Origin: an uncultured Verrucomicrobiae bacterium
GTDB taxonomy: Bacteria > Verrucomicrobiota > Verrucomicrobiia > Palsa-1439
Reading direction: 5' to 3'
DNA length: 64,000 nucleotides
NCBI GenBank assembly: GCA_963812605.1
Contig: CAWEWF010000008.1
Span: 96,001-160,000 of the forward strand
The position numbers and the translations under genes are program-made. Under the pieces are notes generated by a model, which was given only the letters and a program-made list of their open reading frames with translations, did not search any database and had not been told where the DNA came from. Shown here piece after piece: positions 22,796 to 34,006 of the stretch. Numbering within the stretch: position 1 is the first letter of the stretch; the number at the start of each line of letters is the position of its first letter.

Positions 22796-25279
22796 ATGAT
22801 GAATCGGAAGAGTGCGCGCTATTCGTTGTTGCTGATCAGCCTTTTGTGGCCGCTTCTGCATACCACCCCATGTTCCTCACAAGGTCATGTCGTTCTTGAC
22901 GGAACACTGGGCAGCAGCGGTCCGTTATCGGGTCCCAATTTTAACATCACCTCGGGACTCGGCAAGACCGTCGGCAATAATCTCTTTCAAAGTTTCAGCC
23001 AGTTCGATCTGGTCAATGGTGACGTGGCAACTTTTTCCGGTCCGGCCAATATCCATAACGTCCTGGCCAGGGTGACGGGCGGGAGTCTTTCTTCGATCGA
23101 CGGGACGATTGAATCGAGCATCCAGGGGGCCAATCTGTTTTTTATCAATCCGTTCGGCGTGCTGTTCGAATCCAACGCCAAGATCAATGTCAGCGGTTCG
23201 TTCGCGGTCACCACCGCCAGTTACATCAAGCTGGCCGATGGCGGGAGATTTGACGCGGTCAATCCGGGCGACAGCATCTTGACCGCTGCTCCGGTGAGCG
23301 CCTTTGGATTCTCCGGCACGCCGGGGAGCATTTCTTTTGCCGCGAATCAAGGCACGCTGGGCGTGAACGCCGGCCAGAGCTTCTCCGTGATCGGCGGTGA
23401 CATCATGATAAATGGGGCAACGATTCAAGCGCCGGGTGGCCGCGTCAACCTCGTCAGCGTCAAATCCGCCGGAGAACTGGCGCTGGATGTGACGGACTTC
23501 ACGGCTCTTCCTAACACGACAGCTTTCAGCAGCCTGGGCCAGATTACCGTACAGAATCAGAGCGTGATTAATGCGAGTGCAGATGGCGGCGGGCAGGTAG
23601 TGATTCGTGGCGGAACGCTGATGGTGCAAAACTCCCTGATTGAAGCGAATACCCTCGGCGCGTTTGATGGCAAGGGGATCGATATTAATGTGACCGGTAA
23701 TCTCGTTGTAAACGGCGGCGCAATTAGTACAGACACTTCAGGCTCGGGGGATGGAGGCTCGCTCAATATCACGGCGGGTGCGATCACTCTTAACGCAGAG
23801 GGAAGTACTACCCTATTCGGAATTCTCTCTGATGACGTAAGCGGGAGCGGAAACGGTGGGAACGTCAACATTGCCACCCCGACTCTTGATATATTGAATG
23901 GGGCGCGAGTCTCAGCCGCGACGGGCGGCGTGGGTAATGGCGGTAACGTCACGGTTTCCGCCAACAGAATCGATATCGATGCCCAGAATGCCCAAGGACC
24001 AGAGGCGCCGTTGACGGGGTTCGCCGTGAGTTCCCAGTCAATGGATGCGGGTGGTGGCAATGCTGGCAGCATCGTTATTCGCCCGCTGAGCGGCGCGCTC
24101 AGTCTACAGGTTGTCAACGGCGGATTGATCTCCGCGAACACACAGGGCGGCGGTGCCGGAGGCGGCATTGATATCATCGCCGATTCCATTCTATTGGACG
24201 GACAGGGCGCTTCCATTGGCACAGGAATCGCCGCGACGACCTTCTCAACGGGTGCGGCCGGCGAAATTACCATTCACCAAACTCGCACACTCACCATGCT
24301 GAACGGCGCAACGATTGATGCCGAAACCCATGGTTCCGGAGCCGGAGGCGACATCGACATCGCGGCGAAGACCATTGACATGGAAAGTTCTTCCGCGATT
24401 TCTGCCGGGACAATAGGCCATGGACCGGGGGGCGGAATCACCTTGACTGCCAAAACGATTCATGTGGATGGAAACAACACCCAAGTGACCGCCGGCAACG
24501 ACGATGGCTTTGATGGTGATGCGCCCGCGGGTGATATTATCATTCGGACCGGTTCCCTCGATGTTCTGAATGGCGCAGCGGTCTCTGCCCTGGTAAAGGC
24601 CGGTAATGGAGGCAACATCAGCATTACCGCCCATTCCAGCATCGACGTCCTGAATGCCGGCATCACTGCTTCGGCACCTAAGGGTGATGGGGGCAACGTC
24701 ACCATCATTGCCGGTGATTTTCAATCGGTGGACAGCCAAATCACTGCCAACGCAGCTCAGATCGGCGGCAACATTAGCCTGAGTGTGCTGTCAACGATTA
24801 GCCTTGAGAATAGCCCGATCACCGCTATCGCTGGCGCGACGAGCCCGAACGCCAGGATGAGTGCCAGCATTATGGGTGGCAACATTTTTATTGGCCCACC
24901 GCTCCTTCTCTTTGATGCCGCGTTCACGGGATCCGCGGACCCGCAGTCCACGATCAACGCCAGCGCCAAGGGTATGGGAAGCGTGGGAGGCAACGTTACA
25001 TTTGCGCGAAACTTCACCTATGTCAACGTATTGCATTCAGGAGACTTTGAGAACGGCACGCTGAAAATTGGCGGACCAATTCTTGATTTGACGGGAATTG
25101 TGGCTCCGTTGCCCGGGTCACTGTTGGACGTCGAGGCAGAGCTTCAGCCTTACTGCGGAATGAATCTGGCCGGTGACGTCAGCAGTTTCCTCGTGCGCGG
25201 CAGCGGGGGAGTGGTCTTGGAGCCGTTCGGCGTGTCGCCGAGCTTCGGATGGCCGGTTTTCGATGACAAGAGGCGATAG
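22796..25279 (+). CDS. TpsA-type exoprotein 1 (filamentous haemagglutinin N-terminal/TPS domain, beta-helix repeats)
   Basis: Signal peptide; GNNLFQSFSQF, NVLARVTGG, ANLFFINPFG TPS motifs; GGNI.I repeats; conserved C-tail LQPYC...SSFLVRGSGG. Confidence 0.9.
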   Translation: MMNRKSARYSLLLISLLWPLLHTTPCSSQGHVVLDGTLGSSGPLSGPNFNITSGLGKTVGNNLFQSFSQFDLVNGDVATFSGPANIHNVLARVTGGSLSSIDGTIESSIQGANLFFINPFGVLFESNAKINVSGSFAVTTASYIKLADGGRFDAVNPGDSILTAAPVSAFGFSGTPGSISFAANQGTLGVNAGQSFSVIGGDIMINGATIQAPGGRVNLVSVKSAGELALDVTDFTALPNTTAFSSLGQITVQNQSVINASADGGGQVVIRGGTLMVQNSLIEANTLGAFDGKGIDINVTGNLVVNGGAISTDTSGSGDGGSLNITAGAITLNAEGSTTLFGILSDDVSGSGNGGNVNIATPTLDILNGARVSAATGGVGNGGNVTVSANRIDIDAQNAQGPEAPLTGFAVSSQSMDAGGGNAGSIVIRPLSGALSLQVVNGGLISANTQGGGAGGGIDIIADSILLDGQGASIGTGIAATTFSTGAAGEITIHQTRTLTMLNGATIDAETHGSGAGGDIDIAAKTIDMESSSAISAGTIGHGPGGGITLTAKTIHVDGNNTQVTAGNDDGFDGDAPAGDIIIRTGSLDVLNGAAVSALVKAGNGGNISITAHSSIDVLNAGITASAPKGDGGNVTIIAGDFQSVDSQITANAAQIGGNISLSVLSTISLENSPITAIAGATSPNARMSASIMGGNIFIGPPLLLFDAAFTGSADPQSTINASAKGMGSVGGNVTFARNFTYVNVLHSGDFENGTLKIGGPILDLTGIVAPLPGSLLDVEAELQPYCGMNLAGDVSSFLVRGSGGVVLEPFGVSPSFGWPVFDDKRR

Positions 25280-25331
25280 GACGATTTTCGATGGCAACGG
25301 CAATGGCCAATCTTCATTCAAGAGCAACTTC

Positions 25332-27696
25332 ATGGTGGCGATACAGATGATCGAGCGAATGGTGGCCTTCTCTCCCGCCCGATTTCACACAGGGCGGGCT
25401 TGGTTAACAGTTCTTTCCGCCGTTCTGATCACAGTCACTCTTTGCTGCCGGAGTTGCTCGGCCTGGAACGGGTCGGACGAGGGCCGGCAGCAGACCTTGG
25501 AGGGTTTGCAGGCCTTTGAAAGAGGCGCCCTGGATCAAGCGGTCTCGCATTGGGAAAAGGCGGCGAAATTCTGCCACGCGCAGCATGACAGCCCAGGCGA
25601 AATCGATTCCCAAGTTTGTCTGGCCCATGCTTATGAGGCCCTGGGGCAATTCAGTGACGCCATCAAACTGCTCCATGACGCTGTGGACCTCGCCGTAGCG
25701 GCGAAAGACAACCAACGCATCATTCTCACCAAGGGCAGCCTGGGAGAAGCCTACTCATTTACCCATCGCTCCGATTTGGCTGAAAGCAATCTCCGGGAGG
25801 CTCTGGCCTTGGCCTTTCAGGATGGCGACCAACACGCTGCCGCCAGAATTGATAACAGCCTGGGAAATCTGCTCGCCTCGCAAGATAAGTTTGCCGACGC
25901 ACTGGATGCCTATCGGCAAAGCGCGTCTCTCGCACGGCAGACTCAGGACCGATTACTGACTGCCAAAGCGCTCGGCAATGCCGCTTCAATCGCCGTTGAC
26001 ACGGCGGCGGCACCCTATGCCACCAGTCTGAATGATTCGGCCTGCGAAGAAGCCCGTCAGGTTCAAGACAGCCACGAAAAAGCGTTTATCCTGACCATCT
26101 GTGGCCAAACATACCAGCGGTTGCTGGGGAGCCAACCTGGATCGCAAGACCTGCTATTTGCCAGCGCAACGAACGCCTACTCGACAGCGCTTCAGACCGC
26201 CCTCACGATCGGTGACGACCGTGCGGCTTCCTACGCTCTGGGAGAGCTGGGGCGGCTCTATGAACAAGACTCGCGCTACACCGAGGCTCTGGATTTGACG
26301 CGCCAGGCGGTGTTCTTCGCCCAGAAGACACAGGCCAAGGAGGCGCTGTACCGCTGGGAATGGCAAACCGGACGCTTGCTGAAGGCACTGAATCAACCCG
26401 CGGCAGCCATCAAAGCATACAGCCGCGCCGTTCAATCCCTGCACGGCATCCGCAATGATTTATTTCTCACCTACGCTAACCGTCCCGTCCCGACGTCATT
26501 TCGGGAGACGATTGGGCCGGTGTATTACGAACTGGCCGACTTGTTGTTGCGGCAGGCTGACACGCTAAAGGACGACAAGCAGATCCAGCAGTGTTTACTG
26601 GAGGCGCGCGACGTCGTGGAACAGCTCAAATCCGCCGAGTTGGAAGATTACTTCCAGGATAAATGCGTCAATCTTGCCAGAAAAACGCGGGTCGAGAACG
26701 TTTCCCGAGATGCAGCGGTGATCTACCTCATCCCACTGCCGGACCGCACCGAGGTGTTGGTTGGGTTTTCCACGGGACTCCAGAAACTAACGGTTCCTGT
26801 GGGATCTCAAAGGCTGGCGACCGTGGTGCAACAATTCCGCAAGAACCTCGAAACGCGCACCTCGTATGAATATCTGGAACAAGCGCGGGAACTGTATGAT
26901 TGGCTGATTCGTCCCATGAAGGAAGAACTCGTGCGCCGGAAGATCCAGACGCTTGTCTTCATACCCGACGGGGCTCTCCAGACCATTCCCTTCGCCGCCC
27001 TCCAAGACGGCCAACGGTTCCTGATTGAGGATTTTGCGGTGGCTGTGACGCCGGGTCTGACTCTGACCGCTTCACGGTCTGCCCGTCGGGCCGACCAGCA
27101 AATGCTGCTCGCGGGTTTGTCCCAAGCGGCACAGACCTTCCCTCCCTTGGACTATGTGCCGACTGAGCTTCAGAACCTGAAACTTCTGTATCGAGGTGAA
27201 GAACTGCTAGATAAGGATTTCCTGAAAGCGACATTTGAAAAGGATTTTGAGCAGAAACAATACTCCATCGTTCACATCGCATCCCATGGGCAATTTGAAC
27301 CCGACATTAGCAAGACCTTTATATTAACATACGATACCAACCTCAACCTGGATGCGCTAGAGCACCTGATTCGCCCAAGCCAGTTCCGGAAGGAGCCAGT
27401 CGAACTGTTGACCCTCAGTGCCTGCGAGACGGCGGAGGGGGATGATCGTGCCGCGCTGGGCCTTGCCCGGTGTGGCAGTTAAAGCCGGCGCGCATAGCGC
27501 CTTGGCCACGCTCTGGTCTGTGAATGACCAGGCAAGCACATTTCTGATCTCAGAGTTTTATTCTCATTGGGCAAGTGATAGGTCAATTTCAAAAGCCAGG
27601 GCACTTCAATTGGCCCAGATCACAATGCTGGCTCATAAGCGTTACCATCACCCGTGTTATTGGGCCCCCTACCTGCTGATTGGCAATTGGCTGTGA
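25332..27696 (+). CDS. Exported TPR + CHAT (caspase HetF-associated) protease 1; frameshift ~27465
   Basis: Hydrophobic N-terminal segment; TPR repeats; LVFIPDGALQTIPFAAL, HIASHG (His), LSACET (Cys), ATLWSVND, HPCYWAPYLLIGNWL. Confidence 0.9.
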
Positions 27697-27712
27697 GCCC
27701 GCAGGCCGGAAT

Positions 27713-29650
27713 GTGAAACGCTTCTTCGGACAGACCTGGCCTCCTCAGTTCGCGAGCGTACTGCTGGCCGTGGTCTCATTACTGCTGATGCTCTGGGTGT
27801 GCCACTTCCAAAAGTTTCAGCATCTTGAACTTATCTGGTACGATAAGTTGATTTGTTGGCGAGCGACACAGGGCCGCCCTGATCCGCGGATTGTTCTTGT
27901 GACAATCACTGAAAAGGACATTACGGACCCGCAACTTCCTGATTGGCCTCTGTGGAACGATCAGCTCGCACGTCTCTTGCAAACTATCGAAAAACACGAG
28001 CCGGCAGTTATCGGGCTGGATCTCCTGCGCGATATTTCCGTGCCAAAAGCCAATATCGATCAATTCCAAAGACTGAACGCGATGCTGTCAAATAACGCCA
28101 ACATCGTTTGTACCTTTATATTCGGTGGTACGCCCCCTCCTCCGGCATTACAGGGCCTTAAGGATCGGATCGGCTTTGCTGACAGTCCGATCGACTATAA
28201 AATTGACGGGGTTGTTCGCCGCGGTTTTCTGTACCTGGACGACGAAACGACTTGGTATCAGTCTTTTGCGTTGAGTGTGGCAGCGCTCTATCTGGCGCCG
28301 CGAGGGATTGTTCCTGCGGCTGATCCAGCCAATAGCAACTGTGTTCAGCTAGGACGAGCGACGTTCTGTCCTCTGGAGTCAAACTACGGCCCTTACCGTG
28401 GAATGAATGCAAGTGGCTTCCAGTTTCTGATCGACTTCAAGGGGCCGCGTCGTTTTCGGGAGTTTACGTTGGGACAAGCGCTGCGAGATGAGTTCAGTTC
28501 GGAAGACCTAAGCAACAAAATTGTGCTAATTGGAGCCACGGCCGAGAGCGTCCACGACTACAACGCCACGCCCCTTGATGAGCAACATCATGGGCTATAC
28601 CAACAAGCCCTCTTGGTGAACCAGCTTCTGCGGGCGGCACTCGACGGGGACCAACCTTTGCGCGTCTGGCCACCGTCGGTCGAGTGTGCCTGGATTCTAT
28701 TGTGGTGCCTGGCAGGAGCTGGGATCGGCTTGTGGGCGCGCTCGATCTGGTTGTCCATAACGTTGATCGTCGGGGGTCTCGTTGGGATTGCATCTATCGC
28801 ATGGGCTGCATTCGCATCTGGTTGGTGGCTGATTGTCGCCGCCCCGGCCGGGGCGTTCCTGTTGTCCTCCTTTATGGTGTTCGCGTACTCCTCAGTGTAC
28901 GAGTGGTTGCAACGAAGGATTGTCATGCGGTTGTTTTCGCAAAACGTCTCTCCCGAAGTCGCCAAGGAAATCTGGGACCAACGCGAAGCCTTTCTGGATG
29001 GGAACAGACCACGTTCCCAGCAGGTGAAAGCCACGGTGCTGTTCACCGACTTAAAAGGCTTCACCACTTTGGCTGAAAAATTGGAGCCCGACCAGGTGCT
29101 GGAGTGGCTGAATGGATACATGGCCGCGATGTCGAAGGTTGTCATGGAGCATCGCGGGGTGGTGGAGAAATACATCGGTGATTCAATCATGGCTGTTTTC
29201 GGCGTCCCGGTTCCGCGCAATGTCGCCCAACAAGTCCAACAAGATGCAATCCATGCCGTTTCCGCCGCCTTGGCCATGCGCGACCGCATCATGCAGTTAA
29301 ATGACGACTGGAAAGAGGAGGAAAAGCCAACGGCCATGATGCGTGTAGGCGTTCACTCGGGCCTGCTGGTTGCTGGTTGTCTGGGAGGCGCCGATCGCAT
29401 GGAATACACCGTGATTGGCGACACTGTCAATATCGCGTCTCGACTGGAAAGCTACAAAGAGGATCCCGCTGACCCCGGGTTGTCGGTTGGCGGCTGCCGT
29501 ATCTTGATTAGCGATGGCACATGGCAACTGGTGAACGAGCGGTTTCAAACCGAGATTGTGGGTGAAATACTATTGAAAGGGAAAGAGAAGCCCGTTAAAA
29601 TCTATTCGGTGTTGGCGCAATCCACAGTCCCGGAGGCAGCCGCCCGTTGA
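27713..29650 (+). CDS. CHASE2-domain class III adenylyl cyclase 1
   Basis: DPRIVLV.I, VIGLD, KIVLIG CHASE2 motifs; three TM helices; LFTDLKGFT, EKYIGD, YTVIGDTVNIASRLE (K/T = ATP-type, N/R catalytic). Confidence 0.92.
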   Translation: MKRFFGQTWPPQFASVLLAVVSLLLMLWVCHFQKFQHLELIWYDKLICWRATQGRPDPRIVLVTITEKDITDPQLPDWPLWNDQLARLLQTIEKHEPAVIGLDLLRDISVPKANIDQFQRLNAMLSNNANIVCTFIFGGTPPPPALQGLKDRIGFADSPIDYKIDGVVRRGFLYLDDETTWYQSFALSVAALYLAPRGIVPAADPANSNCVQLGRATFCPLESNYGPYRGMNASGFQFLIDFKGPRRFREFTLGQALRDEFSSEDLSNKIVLIGATAESVHDYNATPLDEQHHGLYQQALLVNQLLRAALDGDQPLRVWPPSVECAWILLWCLAGAGIGLWARSIWLSITLIVGGLVGIASIAWAAFASGWWLIVAAPAGAFLLSSFMVFAYSSVYEWLQRRIVMRLFSQNVSPEVAKEIWDQREAFLDGNRPRSQQVKATVLFTDLKGFTTLAEKLEPDQVLEWLNGYMAAMSKVVMEHRGVVEKYIGDSIMAVFGVPVPRNVAQQVQQDAIHAVSAALAMRDRIMQLNDDWKEEEKPTAMMRVGVHSGLLVAGCLGGADRMEYTVIGDTVNIASRLESYKEDPADPGLSVGGCRILISDGTWQLVNERFQTEIVGEILLKGKEKPVKIYSVLAQSTVPEAAAR

Positions 29651-30417
29651 AAGTTCACCTTTCAATTCTGCTGGTCTTGATTGTTGGCGTGATATCGGGG
29701 GCCCCACGTTTGTGCGCCACTGAAAGCAACCAGCCTCCGGCTGCGCCAGCTATTCCCCAGCCAACGGGCGCCCCTGGCACAGCCGCTGTAGCACGGGTCG
29801 TCTTTACGCCTCCGAAGCGCCTCGCCCCACCTGAGAACGAGCGCGTCGATCACACCTCACGAGGCAGCGGGATTTCACTCACCTGCTTGAATGTGCTCGC
29901 TCCGGACAGCACTGCATTGACCATTCAAGAGCAGCCCTCCCTGCTCTGGTATCAGTCGCAGCCGGCGGATGTGCCCTTCGAGCTGAGCATTCTGGTGGAC
30001 AATGAAGTTCACCCGTTGCTCCGAGTTCGGCTTCCAAATGCCAGGAATTTCGGGATTCAGCGTATAAACCTCGCGGATTATAATGTCCGACTTTCTCCCA
30101 ATATTGAATATGAATGGGTTGTGGCCCTTGTGGCCTACCCGGTTAACCGCTCCAAAGATGTGGTTGCCAATGGCTGGATCGAACGCGTCGAGTCTTCGCA
30201 GTCATTGCGATCCAAGCTTGCGACTACCCCAAAGGAGGGCTGGACCTATGTCTACGCCGAGGAAGGGATTTGGGTGGACGCCTTGGCAGCACTTTCCGAC
30301 CTGATTAAGGCGCGACCAACTGACAAAGACTTGCACGAAAACCTCGCGGCGTTGCTGGAGCAGGCTGGTCTGACCAACGCCGCAAACTACGCTGCCTCCA
30401 TGACCTTGAAGGAATAG
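29647..30417 (+). CDS. Exported DUF928 protein 1
   Basis: Signal peptide, Pro-rich linker, SRG motif, LT..QPSLLWY, EYEWVVAL, GWIERV, YAEEGIWVDAL. Confidence 0.85.
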   Translation: MKVHLSILLVLIVGVISGAPRLCATESNQPPAAPAIPQPTGAPGTAAVARVVFTPPKRLAPPENERVDHTSRGSGISLTCLNVLAPDSTALTIQEQPSLLWYQSQPADVPFELSILVDNEVHPLLRVRLPNARNFGIQRINLADYNVRLSPNIEYEWVVALVAYPVNRSKDVVANGWIERVESSQSLRSKLATTPKEGWTYVYAEEGIWVDALAALSDLIKARPTDKDLHENLAALLEQAGLTNAANYAASMTLKE

Positions 30418-30598
30418 AGGCCAAAAAAAGCGCCGGAGAAACCGCTCAAAAGGCTTCGCAGTTCACTTTCCGCTGCTTCTCGTCCGTGACAACCTGCAAC
30501 AATCCGGGACAATCCGATACTAAATCTTGTGAGCGCCGGTGTGAATATAGCCATATTTCCATTCAAATTCCTCAATGAAATCGCAAAAGGGGTCGACT

Positions 30599-31237
30599 TC
30601 AAGCCCCGTCACTCCCGCCAGTTTCTTTCTTGCGACAATCCGGGACCCCATGCAGAACTGCGTACCCCATCACGCGTTTCAAACTCTCAATATCCATGTT
30701 GACCGTTCGACTTGACACTCGCGCCGCATGTCTCGTCGCCCAATGCTCGCATTCCAACCGAGAGATTCCCGCAACGCTTTCCCCGCCAATCCCCTTCGCG
30801 ACCACTTGGATGCTGTAGCGGCGGCGACGGACTGTTGATTGCCGTAAATTGTGTTGAGTAGCCAACCAAGCATCTCCGACAACCATGAACGACTTTCCTG
30901 CGAGCCGATTGGGCAACAATGATTCCGGCGGCGCGGGACGAAACGCGGATCGCATTAAAGTTCCAGGATGCGTTCCATCGGACGGGGGACTGTTCAAACC
31001 GGAGCGGAATTCAGCGAGTTTATGACCTGCATCTCGGAGATCAGTGGTTCCAAGAGACTTCTTGAACTGCTTCTTTTTTCCTAAAATTGTCCGCTTGATG
31101 ATTGCGTAGATGATGCCGGTCGACACATCGCGCCAAAGGCATTCGCCGCAGTTCTTGAGGATTTGGCGGTAAGAACCAGCGGTGGCGGGACTGACTTTGG
31201 GGTTACGAGTCGAGACTTGCGCGAACTTGGAGAACAT
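30599..31237 (-). pseudogene. N-terminal (arm/core-binding) part of a tyrosine integrase
   Basis: LWRDVSTGIIYAII...KKSLGTTD and [20 protein letters not shown]; no catalytic domain; adjacent to tRNA. Confidence 0.65.
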
Positions 31238-31272
31238 AACATTCTTTCCAAGTCGCTCCGTTGTTTGGATTT

Positions 31273-31349
<77 letters not shown>

Positions 31350-31549
31350 TTTTCATGCCGCTGCAGGGCAGTATTTTTAAGGCGTATAAGGCATCCTCCT
31401 GAAGCGAGGTTTTTTCCACCAAAAAAGACATCACCCGTGGCACTCACCCTGAAAGAAAAGTGGAGCTTGTGATATGAAGGATCCAGCGTCAACCAGGAGG
31501 TCAGCGTCGTTGTCGGAGAGCGTGAACTCCTTTTGCGGGCCGTCAGGGT

Positions 31550-31828
31550 GAAAGTCATCTTGGCGGCCATGGCCCGGCTTTGTTCATCCTGCGGGTGTCC
31601 GTAAACCAGGGCAACCAGCACCCCGCCGTCCGCCTGAACATAATCCCGATGCCACATGCGATTGGTCATTGCCGTTCGGGCCGTGCCGCGCCAACGAATC
31701 GAGATCTGATGGGCTACTTCTTCGGCCAGGTCGAACGCGAGCTTGGTTGCCGCGTTCGAGATAATCTGTTGAAGATCTGCATCACTGTAGGGTTCGAGCG
31801 CGATGATCCATTCTTCGCCCTCCGTGCT
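31550..31828 (-). pseudogene. In-frame fusion of a RuvB-like AAA+ lid fragment and an integrase C-terminal tail
   Basis: LEPYSDADLQQII...ISIRWRGTARTA...RDYVQ (RuvB-like) then DGGVLVALVYGHPQDEQSRAMAAKMTF (integrase catalytic-Tyr region). Confidence 0.55.
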
Positions 31829-31944
31829 CTAATGGTTGGTTATCCAACCAGACCAAGAACCCGCCAAAAGTGCGAAACCAGTCCTACGTTATCGTTGACT
31901 TCGCCTTCCGGCGCAAATATTCTTTCGGACACTCGATAAATCAA

Positions 31945-33883
31945 ATGGACATGATGACACCGAGTCAAAGTAATCTTAAAACAGTCCTCGAGCTTGATCT
32001 TGCCGCGTATAGTGACATCGCGCGCGCGCTCGAAGAAAATCTCGATGTTCAGGCCGTTAAAAGTTTTGAGGATCAGATACAATCTTTCCTGGAAGAAGGT
32101 TTTAAACAACTCGGCATTCGCAAGGACGACGTTCTTTTTTGCCACCGCGGGAGATAATGCCCTGCTTATTTTTGATGATGCGGCTGTTATGCACAAACTC
32201 GCAAAATTTGTGCAGGAGGCTACGCTCGAACATAACCGCCACAAGTCTGTCGAATCTGCCAAACGGTGGTTCCGCATGGGGGCGGCCACCGGTCCTGTTT
32301 TAGTCATTGCCGAGGAACGGCGCATCGTAGGCACAACCGTCGCAAGGGCCGTTCGACTGGAAGCGGGGGCGGAAAAGGGCGAGCTTTTAATTGACGCAGA
32401 AACCTTTAATGCCCTGCCAAAAGAACTGAAAGCATATTACGGCGATGAAGAAACCATCGCTGGCAAGCGTGACGAACTATTTACGGCGAGACGTTGCGCC
32501 TTTATATCTCCGGTTGACCGCTTGGTGAAGCCCCAAGGCAACGCAAAACAGAACGATCCGGACAAGAATTCTAAGAATAAAAATTCTGGAAGATCGTCGG
32601 TTGTTACGTCTCTCGTTGCAGCTTTGGTTCTGGCTGTAGCTGTGATGAAAATGTGGCCAAGGATTGTGGGGACCGGACCGACAACTTCAGGGTCCGGTTC
32701 AAATGCAAATGTAACGGTACAAGGTAATTCTCCTGCCCCACAAACGACACCACCACCCGTCCCTCCTCCACCGGAGCCCCCACCCGTGTCGGTAACCCAG
32801 GCGGCCCCGCCCGCGACGGTGAGCGAGGCGACGCTCCGTGCGGCAGGCATCGATCCCTCAGCTATGCCCCCGCCCGAATCCGAACCTGTGCCCCCACCTG
32901 ATGTGCCTCAACCCGCTGCCGCATCGCCGGGAGTAAACTTTGCTGGTTTTCGCGAGCAACTAGCGCCGTATGGTAGTTGGGTGCAAGTGGCGGGTGTTTC
33001 GTGCTGGCACCCAGACACGGCTTACGCACTGAATCCGGATTGGCGCCCCTACTGTGATATGGGGCAATGGGTTTACACCGACAATGGTTGGTTTTGGCAG
33101 TCAGATTACGCTTGGGGAGCAATCCCCTTCCACTATGGCCGGTGGTATAGAGATGTCAATCATGGCTGGCTCTGGGTGCCGGATTATACCTGGGGCCCGG
33201 CCTGGGTTTGCTGGCGTCATGCCGAAGGTTATTACGGTTGGGCGCCTTTGCCGCCGGGCGCGTCCTTTGATGGAGTCGCATGGGTCTTCAACGGTCGTCG
33301 TATTGCCGTTGGTGTCGATTTCGGGTTTGGCCTGGGTGAAGGCTATTTCACATTTGTTGGTTACGACCATTTCCGAGAGCATTTCTATGGCTATCAGGGG
33401 AGAGACTATTACCGCTTCGTGTTGCCTCGGGAGCGGTTGCATGAGATTTATCAAATCAGCAAGATTGAGAATCATTACCGAATGGAAAATGGGCGGTTCT
33501 TGAATGACGGACCACGTAAACACATCGAACTTGTTGATGGTGGAGCCATAAAACCGGTTCGTGTAAACGACCGGAAAATAGTCACGCCTGGGAGGGAGAC
33601 GGTCAAGCCAAGGGAGTTGGTTCGCCAGCAGGAAGAGCAACAGAAGGAAGTGCGCAACCAGCGGCAGGTTGAGGAAGACAACGCTCGCAAACAGCCGCCT
33701 CAGGAACCGAAAATTCGCCCGCCAGAAGTGCAGCCCAGGGCTCAACACGGCGCGTTTCAGGTCTCTGGAAGTGGCTCAATGGCGAAGGCGACCAGCGACC
33801 GTGGCGCGGCCAGCCGTGCCAGTGCCGCGAATCCCGTGGCAGTCGAGCGCAAGGACCAGAAAGACGGTAGGCCGAGTCCGTAG
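31945..33883 (+). CDS. Divergent class III nucleotide cyclase - TM - Pro-rich - DUF6600-like (YG.W/WRPY/GPAWV) fusion; frameshift ~32140
   Basis: LELDLAAYS, AGDNAL, FRMGAATG, AVRLE cyclase motifs; TM SLVAALVLAVAV; WRPY..G.W...GW.W.S.Y.WG.IPFHYGRW...WGPAWV.WR...GWAPLPP. Confidence 0.75.
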
Positions 33884-34006
33884 GAATGAAGCATGAACGT
33901 CTTGCCAGCCGTGGCCGTTCGACGAATCCTTTGAGCCGACAGGCTATCGCGCAACTTGAAACGCATACTCAGGGCGTTTCACATCTGAAAGGAGAGAAGA
34001 TTTAAG

